Of a stretch of DNA of 32,000 bases, positions 1 through 9,552 are shown piece by piece; the first letter of the stretch is position 1, and every line of letters starts with the position of its first letter. Below the pieces are notes generated by a model. That model worked only from the letters and a program-made list of their open reading frames with translations. It was not told the DNA's origin and made no database searches. A program made the translations under genes and the position numbers. The DNA is from Patescibacteria group bacterium (GTDB lineage Bacteria; Patescibacteriota; UBA1384; XYA2-FULL-43-10). Location of the stretch: positions 60,001-92,000 of the forward strand of contig JBAYVT010000004.1 in assembly GCA_041674405.1 (NCBI GenBank). The letters run 5' to 3'.

Positions 1-3000
1 TTTGCGAATACGCTCTTTGAATTGCCGTTAAATATATTGAAGATATCGTCAGCGGTCAATCTTCCGGATCCTATTTGTGTTCCGATAGATTGGTTTACAG
101 AAGATGCGGCAAGCTTGTCGACTATGTTGTAGCCAGAAACCTTTAGGTAGTCGAGCGGGACTTGCCCACCGGAGCTATTTTTATTCTGCCTTGAAAATAC
201 CGCTTCGCTTTCTTCAGTCGAGATATTTAGCCCGAAGTCCAAAATCTTTTCAAATTGGATAAGATTAGCATCGCTAAATGGCTTGGACGATGTATTATCA
301 GAAACAAATGTGTCTAGGGCAGCTTTTATTTTATCAGCACTTCCATAATCCTTTAGGAAGTCTTTTGCCGCGGCAATTCCTTCGGCAGAAAATTGTGGCG
401 GGAATGACCTAAAATAATTTTCGAGGTAAGAAGGAACTCCGCTGCCTGTTTGTGAAGCTCCTTTAGATATGTCCAAAGATAACAAATAAACTGCGTTTGC
501 AATTTCGTCAGTATAATTTATTTTTTTATCATCGTTTGCGCTCTTGTATTCACTAGCAGCAGAATATGTGCTAAATATATGTTCGCCGGCTTTGTCGAAA
601 TACACGTAGCTATTGTCTGGTATGGTCGTGCCTGCGATATCGACATTTTGTATGGGCTGGCAGGGATTGTCAGGCGTTGCTGCTGCCATTAAGTAATTGT
701 TGTGGTCGACGAAGTAAATTTGGTTAACCCCAGGATTGTCATTTCCTCCCTTGTGTGTCATAAACGCCTTAATCGCTGCTTCGGAAACATGCATTTTTGT
801 TGCCAAAAGCCTGATAGTATCGCTGTCAGCTTCCGATTGGTCATATCCACCGATTTGTTGTCCGGTGATAAATTTCTCGGTCGTCCCGGCCGGCAGCTTG
901 CTTTTCACGTCATTCGCAATCGCCTTGGAGCGAGCCGAAGACCACGCGCTGAAGCTGTTGTTCATAAGGTCATCAAGATCAAATCCCTTTAGTCCCATGC
1001 CCGATGCAAGAATATTGTTTGCTTTGCTCCGGCTTATTTTCAATTTGTTTACCATGCCGTCACGAAGGTCTGCCAAAGATTTTGGTGACGACAGATCAGA
1101 TCCTGTTAAAATTGAGCTTCCGGCAACTCCAGCTTGCTCCTCAAGAGCTGCTGAACCGATGGCACGGAAAAAAATGTCTTTGAAACTTTGGCTGTTCTTT
1201 GCTTGGTCATTGTTTTTTGCCAGAGCCAGTGCGTCCGAAGCATATTTTAGGGCCTTTGAAGAGATCCCCAAGCTGCCGCTTAGTTTAGCTGAGGCAGCGC
1301 CAGATACTAAATCTTGCAAAGTAGTTTTTCCGGACAGGAACGAAACCAGGTCTCCCAATCCAAGCTTGGAGCCACCCAGATCGATGGAGGAAAACTTAAT
1401 ATCACTCAAGTGCAAATCTTCAATCTTAAAATCCGCCTGCTCGTTTCCAGTGGTGATCTCATATGCAGATTTTGTGATATCTTGTACATTCTGCATTACG
1501 CCATTGAGCTGGTGCAGATAATCGGAAAATGTTCCGTCATTGCTTGAAAGGCCTTCGGAGAGATCTGTAGATCCGGAAAATACCGGGGAGCTTGCTTCGT
1601 TAATGATACTGCCAATCGCGATTGCGGCTGTTGTTGTGTCTCCGCCTCCCGGGTTTGCATCAGCCTTTTCGGCAGCGGTCGCGAACACAGACAAAGCCTG
1701 TTTTAGAGCGTCATCCTTTGCTTTTATTGTGCTATTTAATTTGTCTGATACTGCGCTTGAAGCAGACGTATAACTTTGTATTCGTTGATTTAGAGTGTTC
1801 AGTGTGGACTTAATGCCGTTGATTCGGTCGGTATAATATGCCTGATCGCGAACATTTTTATTTTCTAATACATTTGAATTGTTTGCTTCTTGTGTTTTTT
1901 TATCGTCATAGCCCGAAGTCTCAAGTGCTTGCCTTAAGTTTTTTTGCCCTATTTTTTTGAAAGTACCGGCCGGGTCTGATCCTATGCCAAATAAATTTGC
2001 GAAATCGATCTGGTTTATGCCAAGCCTTGAGGCATAGGTTTGCACCTGGATTTGTGCGGTCTGCAAAGACGGCTCCTCTGCTGTATTGGTGGGAACATCT
2101 GTTGTAAATGTTGCATTTGGATTTTTAAACCAGTTGCTCAAATTTGTTCTTGATTGCTCGCCGTTTTCAAGAGCGCTCGATAGAGCAAAGATGCCAGCGT
2201 TCAATAACTGGTCCTGAGAAATTGTCCCCCCAAGAAAACTGGCCAGAGTGCCGGCAGGCAGATTAAAAATACTATCATTTTGGCCATATGAACCATTAAA
2301 GTTTTTGTATACATCCGCTCTTTTTGTGATGTAGCTTTCTGCAATTTGCTGTAGATAATTTGGAAGAGAAAGAACCCCGGCCTTAAGAGACGCTGTTGTT
2401 CCCGATCCCAAGCCGAAATCGGTATCGAGGGCACTTGGAAATGCGATTATGGTTGAAAGCTGGTTTTTTCCAATTGTAGAAAGCACATCATTAAGTCCGG
2501 ATTTATTGAATGATCCCGAGGCAAGGCCAAATTGATTTTCAATTAATCTTGCTCCGATTTGGCTATATAGGCTTGGCTGATTCATTGACTGAACGTCGAA
2601 AACTCCCTCTGGCAGTGAAAGTTCTTGAATTATTCTCTCTCTTCCGATTTGGGCGAGAATATCGGCCCTGTTCTCGCCGGTGAGTGAGCCGTAGGGGAGG
2701 CCAAGGGCTTGTTCTATCCCGGCCCTACCCAGAGATTCTTCGAGGCCATCAATATTTAAGACCGAACCATCCATAAATGGGCCAGAAGGCAACGATAAGG
2801 CTTCTGCAATTATCGAGCCGCCGATTTGTTGTAACGTACCGGAAAGGTCAAGGTTCCAAAAATCTGAATCAGTTCCAGAGTTGATGGTATTGGCAAGAAA
2901 TTGTTGGCCAACCAAGGTTAATACATCACTGAAACTATCTATGTTCATATTCTGTATATCAGAGAAATTCAGCCCGAGGCCAGATAGCATTTCAGTTATC

Positions 3001-4265
3001 GAGTCCTGGGACATTCTCTGTATTGCCGTATTGAAACTGGAATCAATCGCTGCCTTGTCTTTATTGTATCCTTCGGATGTTTGCCACAAGAGCTTAATGT
3101 TCATTGGAGGCTGGGGGATCTTGGTATCGCTGCCAATGCGGCGTTTTTTGATCAAGGTGCAGCGTATATCATCGATTTGCGAAATATCAAAAGCCTGCCC
3201 TGCATTATGCGCTGAAACTATCCGCGGGCTTTCATTGGTAATAATAAAATCTGAGATCGATTTCCCGTTATCATCAACGAGTTGCCCGCTTAAGAGGCTA
3301 TCCTTTTGCTGAATTCCTGCTTCCGCTGCTAGTTCCCCAACGCCAGAATTGTCTTCCTGTGCCTTGTATTCCTCAATTGTTTGTTCTGATTCGGCTTTTT
3401 TCTCACTGTCTTTTTGTTCGGCCACCTCAGATTCCCTGGAGAATTTGGTTACATCGTTTGTATAACTATTTCTAATCTTATCAACCTGAATTCGCCAGTG
3501 CCCGGCACCTCCAATGGGGCTATTTTTTGGACGGACCAGATAATTGAGGGTATCAATAATCCGTTTATCAATTTTGGTATTTATAATACCTTCGACAGCG
3601 GAAACCACATATTGTTTTCCTGAATCATCCTGCATTTGTTGAATCATTGATTCTTGGTCAGTTTCAAATATCTGTGCAAGAATATTTGGGCTTGCGAGAA
3701 GACGCTGTGTTAGATATCCCTGCGTGAAATATTTTGCGGATGCGTTGTCAGCAAATTTTGAAAAGCCTTCCCAGTCACTTTCGCGCATTTGGTTTAGGCT
3801 GCTTATGTCTTTGCCGGTTAAGCGTGAAAGCTCAGACGCATCGCTTTTAAGGTCTGGGAGAACAGAATTGACCAAAGCAATATTTTCCAGATCTTTCTTG
3901 TCGCTTGGGTTTAGAATTATTTTGTCCGACAAAATCAAACCGGTTGAGCTCGCATTTTTATTAAGTGGTGCAGGCGCAACGTATTGGGTGACTGGGGCTG
4001 CATCAGTGTCTGGGGTGGCAATCAACTCATCGGCAGGGAGCGAATCATCAAAATTATCTGTTGCCGGTCCGCTTGCGGGAACTGTATCTTTAGCAGATTC
4101 TCCGGAGTAATCAGCATCTGACCCAACCTGGTCATTTCCTGAATTAGCATATTGATCCTCTTCGAGTGCCTGCACAATCATGGGTTGGTATGGCAACATT
4201 ACCGAAGTTATGATTACAATCGGTATTACTAGAAAAGAAAACAATTTTATAAATTTATTTGTCAT
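1..4265 (-). CDS. Giant secreted/surface protein, partial (>1,421 aa; C-terminus lies beyond window start)
   Basis: Hand translation of the minus strand from ATG 4265-4263 stays open to position 1. It is missing from the ORF track because no stop lies in the window. The + strand ORFs listed for 702-4110 are short, mutually overlapping antisense artefacts. The N-terminus MTNKFIKLFSFLVIPIVIITSVMLPYQPMIVQA/LEE looks like a signal peptide or anchor. The ATG overlaps the upstream stop (4255-4257) by 11 nt. No family recognised. Confidence 0.8.
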   Translation of the reverse strand, partial: MTNKFIKLFSFLVIPIVIITSVMLPYQPMIVQALEEDQYANSGNDQVGSDADYSGESAKDTVPASGPATDNFDDSLPADELIATPDTDAAPVTQYVAPAPLNKNASSTGLILSDKIILNPSDKKDLENIALVNSVLPDLKSDASELSRLTGKDISSLNQMRESDWEGFSKFADNASAKYFTQGYLTQRLLASPNILAQIFETDQESMIQQMQDDSGKQYVVSAVEGIINTKIDKRIIDTLNYLVRPKNSPIGGAGHWRIQVDKIRNSYTNDVTKFSRESEVAEQKDSEKKAESEQTIEEYKAQEDNSGVGELAAEAGIQQKDSLLSGQLVDDNGKSISDFIITNESPRIVSAHNAGQAFDISQIDDIRCTLIKKRRIGSDTKIPQPPMNIKLLWQTSEGYNKDKAAIDSSFNTAIQRMSQDSITEMLSGLGLNFSDIQNMNIDSFSDVLTLVGQQFLANTINSGTDSDFWNLDLSGTLQQIGGSIIAEALSLPSGPFMDGSVLNIDGLEESLGRAGIEQALGLPYGSLTGENRADILAQIGRERIIQELSLPEGVFDVQSMNQPSLYSQIGARLIENQFGLASGSFNKSGLNDVLSTIGKNQLSTIIAFPSALDTDFGLGSGTTASLKAGVLSLPNYLQQIAESYITKRADVYKNFNGSYGQNDSIFNLPAGTLASFLGGTISQDQLLNAGIFALSSALENGEQSRTNLSNWFKNPNATFTTDVPTNTAEEPSLQTAQIQVQTYASRLGINQIDFANLFGIGSDPAGTFKKIGQKNLRQALETSGYDDKKTQEANNSNVLENKNVRDQAYYTDRINGIKSTLNTLNQRIQSYTSASSAVSDKLNSTIKAKDDALKQALSVFATAAEKADANPGGGDTTTAAIAIGSIINEASSPVFSGSTDLSEGLSSNDGTFSDYLHQLNGVMQNVQDITKSAYEITTGNEQADFKIEDLHLSDIKFSSIDLGGSKLGLGDLVSFLSGKTTLQDLVSGAASAKLSGSLGISSKALKYASDALALAKNNDQAKNSQSFKDIFFRAIGSAALEEQAGVAGSSILTGSDLSSPKSLADLRDGMVNKLKISRSKANNILASGMGLKGFDLDDLMNNSFSAWSSARSKAIANDVKSKLPAGTTEKFITGQQIGGYDQSEADSDTIRLLATKMHVSEAAIKAFMTHKGGNDNPGVNQIYFVDHNNYLMAAATPDNPCQPIQNVDIAGTTIPDNSYVYFDKAGEHIFSTYSAASEYKSANDDKKINYTDEIANAVYLLSLDISKGASQTGSGVPSYLENYFRSFPPQFSAEGIAAAKDFLKDYGSADKIKAALDTFVSDNTSSKPFSDANLIQFEKILDFGLNISTEESEAVFSRQNKNSSGGQVPLDYLKVSGYNIVDKLAASSVNQSIGTQIGSGRLTADDIFNIFNGNSKSVFA

Positions 4266-5268
4266 GAAGGGCCCATAGTCCTTTTATAAGTCCGCTATTT
4301 AATTCGCTGGCAGGCGAATATCTGGCCGGCCGGCCGCGCGACGCTTCGGCTGAAGGATCGTTCAGTACTAAGAATTTGTCGTCTTTGCTCACTCCGATAA
4401 TTACAACCCAGTGTTGGCCGGTAGCCCGAAAGGCTGTAATACCTTGTGCTAAAATTGGATTTCCAGCGGCAATCTCTTTTTTGACCGAGTCTAAATTTCG
4501 AGGGACCTGTGCGAGCTCTTTGTTTAACCCTTTACTGTTTATGTAGCTGACCCAAGTAGCCTTGTCGAGCGCCATGCTGTGGTTTGTGTCAGCCAAATAC
4601 TGGCCTAAAATATAGGGGGTTATTCCGGAAACTCCATAATAATTTGCAATCATTGCGGATGATGTAATTGCACACGCAGCACCTGCATACGAATTACGTT
4701 TACTGCTCCATCCTGCTGCTTGGCCAGGTTTGTCTCCCCATCTGGGATCGCCTTGATTGAAATACCATTTTGTCGGATCTCCAGGAACCGTTATTGAGTT
4801 GCCAAGAACTTGTTTTATATCGGCGGCATCAGCCTCGCTATAAACCGAAGCATCGATTGGCTGAGATTTTCCATCCATTCCACGATTTGATCCTGACATT
4901 CTGCCAAAGGCAGGGACGGTTATGAAAAATATTAGGAGAATGACAATGGCAATTGTGGTTAATGTCGGCCAGTTTGCGATCAAAAATGTTTTCAAAAAAT
5001 TTTTGGTCGCGAATTTTAGTGCTTTGTTCGATAAATTATCCAGCGCTTTGCCAATAACCGGTAGTCTCTTTGCTGCCTCCCACGCTCCGCCAGTTGCTGC
5101 ATCAAGCGCCTTGTCTTTGCCTGCATCGATTGCTTTATTAAGGACCTTGTTGCCGGTAACGCCGGAACCAGAACCGGATTTTGCCGCCGTTATGGCCGAG
5201 CCTCTCTCGTTTGGGCGCGGAGCCTCTGATTGTCCATCTAAATTTTCGTTATTAAATTCTTCTGGCAT
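4255..5268 (-). CDS. Membrane-anchored C39-like (Peptidase_C39_2-type) cysteine peptidase, putative cell-wall hydrolase
   Basis: Start moved to ATG 5268 (MPEEFNN...), 2 nt after the upstream TAA (5271-5273), with GGAGGAAA just upstream. One TM segment (WPTLTTIAIVILLIFFITVPAF). NQGDPRW...AGAACAITSSAMIANYYG and GQHWVVIIGVS...LNDP match the Cys/His signature of the C39-like family. Confidence 0.75.
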   Translation of the reverse strand: MPEEFNNENLDGQSEAPRPNERGSAITAAKSGSGSGVTGNKVLNKAIDAGKDKALDAATGGAWEAAKRLPVIGKALDNLSNKALKFATKNFLKTFLIANWPTLTTIAIVILLIFFITVPAFGRMSGSNRGMDGKSQPIDASVYSEADAADIKQVLGNSITVPGDPTKWYFNQGDPRWGDKPGQAAGWSSKRNSYAGAACAITSSAMIANYYGVSGITPYILGQYLADTNHSMALDKATWVSYINSKGLNKELAQVPRNLDSVKKEIAAGNPILAQGITAFRATGQHWVVIIGVSKDDKFLVLNDPSAEASRGRPARYSPASELNSGLIKGLWALHDK

Positions 5269-5270
5269 AT

Positions 5271-6419
5271 TTAGCTCCAATTTCCTCCATATTGAAAATG
5301 CATTGCGTCGCATACTCCCTTAAATTTTGCTCCCCAAAAAAACCCGTTTTTTTCAAAAGCATCTGAAACAGCTTTGGGAATATCATGGGGGCACCCTGCT
5401 GGGTCACGAGGCCTTCCGGATCGTCTTCCATTGGGATTTTGGCCTGGATTAATATCACATGCTGCGCCAGTTGAGTGTGGGCTAAGAAGGCTGGGGCTAT
5501 TCACATTGTGCCTCCAGTTATAACATCCAATATCTTTGATCTTGTATGTTGATCCACTACTTTTGATATCATTTACAACATTTTGGAGGGCAGGAACTAT
5601 ATACTTATTTACTCGAATTGAGTGGCCGAGAAAATTGAAATTAACTAGCTGCTTTTCTACTTCATTTTGTGTTTTTGAATGAAGAGCAGACTGAGCCTGT
5701 GATAATGACTTCCAGATTCCCACCTGTCCACTGCTTCCCGGACCATAACCACGAAAGTCTAAAGATCCGGAGACAAAATTATTAACTGGATTGGGGCTGG
5801 AACATTGTATTTGCCCAGGAACCAATTGTTTTAGAAAAGTGAAAAATATTTCCCTGTCTTCCGAGACATTATTTCTTGAATCAGATTCCGGCGTATATGC
5901 ATCGATCCACCAAGTTTGAATCGCGGTTCCGGCAGGGCGATTTCCATAAGGCGCAACATTATCTCGTGCTTTTGTCAGGGTTTTTACATGTTTTGTGAGC
6001 TGGTCCTCGAAGGATGTGCTACCAGGAGCGACGCCAAACGCATAGCTTGGTTTGCCAAAGTTTTGCTCCTTGCCCCATGTGGCGATTGCTACAGCCGGAT
6101 TTACACCAGCGGCCCTTGTGGCCTGAAGGATCTGATCAATACGCTCCTTGGAAGGCATGATACTTCTTCCGCCGAGTTTGGAGATTACAGAAGCAGAATC
6201 TGGAATTTCAGATGTGGAAGGACTTGTCCAGTTCTGATCTGGCATAACACATTCACCACCACCCCCCATAGCCAAGGGGGTTTCACCGGTGTTTTTGCGC
6301 ATTGTTGCAAATGTCATGCCAGCAGCTGTGCCGGCGACGAGGAATGTCAAAACTGCGCTGATTCCAATTGCAATCACCACATTTCCTCCGGATCGTGAAT
6401 TTAATTTGGCTCCCTCCAT
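5271..6419 (-). CDS. Membrane-anchored peptidoglycan hydrolase: C-terminal M15 (VanY/LAS-type) metallopeptidase plus an uncharacterised N-terminal domain
   Basis: ATG 6419 is preceded by GAGGGATAA. N-terminal TM segment (VVIAIGISAVLTFLVAGTAAG). SPHSTGAACDIN (SxHxxGxAxD, H-x6-D) and CDAMHF give the LAS/M15 zinc-ligand pattern. The N-domain segment AAGVNPAVAIATWGKEQNFG weakly resembles glucosaminidase/lysozyme-like domains (low confidence). Confidence 0.85.
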   Translation of the reverse strand: MEGAKLNSRSGGNVVIAIGISAVLTFLVAGTAAGMTFATMRKNTGETPLAMGGGGECVMPDQNWTSPSTSEIPDSASVISKLGGRSIMPSKERIDQILQATRAAGVNPAVAIATWGKEQNFGKPSYAFGVAPGSTSFEDQLTKHVKTLTKARDNVAPYGNRPAGTAIQTWWIDAYTPESDSRNNVSEDREIFFTFLKQLVPGQIQCSSPNPVNNFVSGSLDFRGYGPGSSGQVGIWKSLSQAQSALHSKTQNEVEKQLVNFNFLGHSIRVNKYIVPALQNVVNDIKSSGSTYKIKDIGCYNWRHNVNSPSLLSPHSTGAACDINPGQNPNGRRSGRPRDPAGCPHDIPKAVSDAFEKNGFFWGAKFKGVCDAMHFQYGGNWS

Positions 6420-6430
6420 TTATCCCTCGC

Positions 6431-7702
6431 CTACAAACCTGTTTGATACAAATGGTTATTCGAAACAAAGTATAGAGTTTTGTTGTCCTTCGAAATCGAA
6501 AGTTCTGTAATATATACGCCCGAAAGTGGAATCGAGAAACCGATTTTTTGTTTAGAATCTACATTAAATTTAAACAAACTTTCTTGCTGTGTCTCCGGGT
6601 CATAGGTAGCGACGGCGATATTGGAATTATCAATCCAAACAATTTTGGAGATTATCGCTTTTATTCCAAGATCTCTGGCGTTTGATCCGTCGCTATTCAT
6701 AACGGATACCTCTGATTTAACTGGATTTGAAGGGTCATCCGAGGTGGTTGTGTAGATAATTTTATTACCATCTGGCGAATATAAGGCTTCTTGGTTGTTG
6801 CCAGTGTCGGTAATATTTTTTACAGCCATCGTGTAAGCATTCAAAAGATAAATTTTGTTGCCGCTTGCATCGGTATTGCGTGGGATAATAAGCAGCCATT
6901 CTGACGAAGGCGACCATCTAAGATATGGGTTTGTAATGCCGTAATCTTTTAGGTTGAGGGCACGTTTGATGTTTGTGTTTGCCTTGTCCGCGAAAATGAT
7001 TGATTGTTCGCCCGAAGATGGGGCATATGAATAAGCAATCTTGGAATCGTCTGGTGCCCAGGCGACATTACCGATATCGTCCCCAAATTTAACTTCCTGT
7101 TGGCTGACAAAATTATATTTTTGAAAATCAAAAAAGTATGCGGCGCTTCCTTTCTGAAAGAGGGCAGCATCTTTCTTGGGTCCCCAGACAATATTCGTAA
7201 TTCCGGAAAAACCAGGATTTGATATCTGTCTTACATAGTCTACACTGCGGTCAGATTTGAACTGGATTTTGTAAAGTGCTGATTTGCCGCTTCCTAGAAA
7301 CATAAGCGAGTCATCTTCATCACCGGTTGTGATATTATCTACCGGCAAATCTTTAATGTTACCAAGTGGCAGGACAATCGGTTTTGGTACCTCGACAAGA
7401 TCAACTTGCACAGATTTACTGCGCCCGCCACTCAGAGTCAAATTCATAATTTGCGTTACGTATCCGTTTTTCTTGACAGTCAGAACATGATCGCCGGGTT
7501 TTGTGGTAATCTTGGCCGTGCCGTCAGGCAGGGTGCTTACAGGGGCGCTGTCAAGCAAAATGTTGGCGTCTTGCGGGGTAAATTTGACCGACAGAGTAGA
7601 TCGGTTCAGGAGAATTATTAGGACCACCGCTGCAACCACTAAAATTCCCAAAAGCAGATACGCTTTTGATCTTAAAAAATTCATTTCGTCTGTGATTTTC
7701 AT
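6431..7702 (-). CDS. Membrane-anchored PEGA-domain + PD40/TolB-like beta-propeller protein
   Basis: Start moved to ATG 7702 (MKITDEMNF...), 1 nt after the virB4 TAA (7704-7706), with GGGAGAA upstream. TM segment AYLLLGILVVAAVVLIILL. PEGA-like segment KPGDHVLTVKKNGYVTQIMNLTL. Repeated PD40-like motifs WAPDDSKIAYSY, WSPSSEWLLI, YSPDGNKIIYTT, MNSDGSNARDLG. Confidence 0.8.
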   Translation of the reverse strand: MKITDEMNFLRSKAYLLLGILVVAAVVLIILLNRSTLSVKFTPQDANILLDSAPVSTLPDGTAKITTKPGDHVLTVKKNGYVTQIMNLTLSGGRSKSVQVDLVEVPKPIVLPLGNIKDLPVDNITTGDEDDSLMFLGSGKSALYKIQFKSDRSVDYVRQISNPGFSGITNIVWGPKKDAALFQKGSAAYFFDFQKYNFVSQQEVKFGDDIGNVAWAPDDSKIAYSYAPSSGEQSIIFADKANTNIKRALNLKDYGITNPYLRWSPSSEWLLIIPRNTDASGNKIYLLNAYTMAVKNITDTGNNQEALYSPDGNKIIYTTTSDDPSNPVKSEVSVMNSDGSNARDLGIKAIISKIVWIDNSNIAVATYDPETQQESLFKFNVDSKQKIGFSIPLSGVYITELSISKDNKTLYFVSNNHLYQTGL

Positions 7703-7703
7703 A

Positions 7704-9551
7704 TTATTCTCCCAATAATTGTTTCGGATCCGTGGTGATGATTTGATCTTCGGCATATGATGCAACAATTTTTATGGCGACATGGTTTAAACCGGCGAAA
7801 AACAATCCTTCGCCTACATCCGATTGCAATAGAATATATTTTTCCCCCTCCGTAAGGCCGAAAGTCTCTGCGATTACATCGATTGACGAAGTGGATTGCT
7901 TCATGAGCATCTGCATAGAAGAGTTGGCAACCACTGCTTTTCCATATCTTGAACCTAAGAAATCTTCCACATCTTGGCTGATCACGGTAACTCCAAGGTA
8001 GTATTTGCGCGCCCGTTTTACTAAGCCGTGTAAGAATTTGGCAGAATCTTCGTATTGCATCATCCACCAAGCTTCATCAATAACCATCAAGCGGCGGCGC
8101 ATATCCATGCGGATTTTGGTCCAGATATAATTTAATATCAGATACATCGCGATCGGCCGAAGTTGCTCTTCGAGATCGCGGACCGAAAACACCACAAAAC
8201 CAGGCTTGAGTTCAAAGTTGGTAGTCTGGTTGAACATGCCAGCAAACGTGCCTTCGGTATATTTAGACAACCGCGCCCTCAAAGACTCGCTGCTGCCCAT
8301 ATTGGACAGAACATTGTAGAAATCTTGCATCACTGGCGGCTCATTTTTTTGGCTCTCTGGGTCGGTAGTAATGTCTTTGATCGCATATGTCTCATACAAA
8401 CCCTTATCTACCAGAGCGTCTTCTTCTGGGGAAAGTCCACCAACCATAAGATTGATGAGTCCGTGCAACGAAGAGATGGTTGACCTTAGAACATCATCTC
8501 CCGATTCTTCTCCTGATTCGGAATGGGGAAGATCAAAAGGGTTAATGCGATGCTCGGCATTTAAAGAAATGCTTAGATAACTGCCCCCGACGGCCTCACA
8601 GAGCGACTTATATTCATTTTCTGGGTCAACTACGACCACATCTGTTCCCGACATCAAATAGCGCAAAATTTCAAGCTTAACTGCGTAAGATTTACCAGAG
8701 CCGGACTTTGCAAAAACCACTGAATTGGCATTTTCCAGATCAAATCTGTCAAAAATTATCAAAGAATTATTGTGGCGATTGATCCCGTACAATATTCCGT
8801 CATCCTGGGTAAGCTCAGTAGATGTAAACGGGAAGGTTGATGAGAGTGATCCAGTATCAAGGTTGCGAAGAACACCGATTTCATCAGTCATCAGAGGAAG
8901 GGTGGTGTTGAAACCCTGTTCCATCTGCAGGAGTGTTTGTTTGGAGTAAACTAGCATGCCGCCGAGAGTAGATTCAAGCTGTTCTGTCAGGGTGTTGAGA
9001 TCGTCTGGGGTTTTTCCATAAATTGTGAAATATAATCCGAACTGGAACAACCTCATCTCACCTCGTTGTAACACGTCACGCAAGGACTCAACATCTCCTA
9101 GTGCTGTTTCCATTTCCGGATCTCTTGGGGCACCCTTCTCTTGCTCGATCATCATCGTTGACTCAAGTTTTCCGACTTGTTTTTTAAGGTCATACATGAC
9201 ATCTTTTGACTCGAGCGGGTGAATATACATCCCAATATCCATCGTAAGATCATAATCAATGATTGGGGAAAGCCAATTTGTATCTAGGTAACGCGGATAG
9301 GTAAATACGAATAAAGTTTTGATAAAATACTCACCCAGTTGCAGATAATTCGGTGTCACAACAAAAGCTGCCGGAGCGATGAGGTCACGCACCGAAGATA
9401 ATCCCTGCGATACGGCATCGATTGTTTGGTCGGTTGCCTTATCGGCCCAGAATTTAGGATCCGAAGCTTGTTTTTCTCGCTTTGCAATGTTTTTTTGGGC
9501 AAGAGCTCTTGGGTCCTGGGTTGCTATTTGTTTTTGATCGTTATCAGCCAT
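7704..9551 (-). CDS. virB4: VirB4/TrbE/PrgJ-family type IV secretion ATPase
   Basis: Walker A is FAKSGSGKSYAV and Walker B is LMVIDEAWWMM. The N-domain is typical of VirB4 (YFIKTLFVFTYPRYLDTNWLSPII). The track start at 9563 is TTG. ATG 9551 lies 1 nt after the upstream TAA (9553-9555) and is preferred. Confidence 0.95.
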   Translation of the reverse strand: MADNDQKQIATQDPRALAQKNIAKREKQASDPKFWADKATDQTIDAVSQGLSSVRDLIAPAAFVVTPNYLQLGEYFIKTLFVFTYPRYLDTNWLSPIIDYDLTMDIGMYIHPLESKDVMYDLKKQVGKLESTMMIEQEKGAPRDPEMETALGDVESLRDVLQRGEMRLFQFGLYFTIYGKTPDDLNTLTEQLESTLGGMLVYSKQTLLQMEQGFNTTLPLMTDEIGVLRNLDTGSLSSTFPFTSTELTQDDGILYGINRHNNSLIIFDRFDLENANSVVFAKSGSGKSYAVKLEILRYLMSGTDVVVVDPENEYKSLCEAVGGSYLSISLNAEHRINPFDLPHSESGEESGDDVLRSTISSLHGLINLMVGGLSPEEDALVDKGLYETYAIKDITTDPESQKNEPPVMQDFYNVLSNMGSSESLRARLSKYTEGTFAGMFNQTTNFELKPGFVVFSVRDLEEQLRPIAMYLILNYIWTKIRMDMRRRLMVIDEAWWMMQYEDSAKFLHGLVKRARKYYLGVTVISQDVEDFLGSRYGKAVVANSSMQMLMKQSTSSIDVIAETFGLTEGEKYILLQSDVGEGLFFAGLNHVAIKIVASYAEDQIITTDPKQLLGE

Positions 9552-9552
9552 T

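Noticed and set aside
702-4110. Plus-strand ORFs of 63-261 aa from the track (736-1521, 2881-3312, 3724-4110 and others)
   Set aside because: They overlap one another in different frames, are Ser/Leu/Cys/Phe-rich junk, and lie antisense to an uninterrupted >4.2 kb minus-strand frame that has a signal peptide and translational coupling to the upstream gene.
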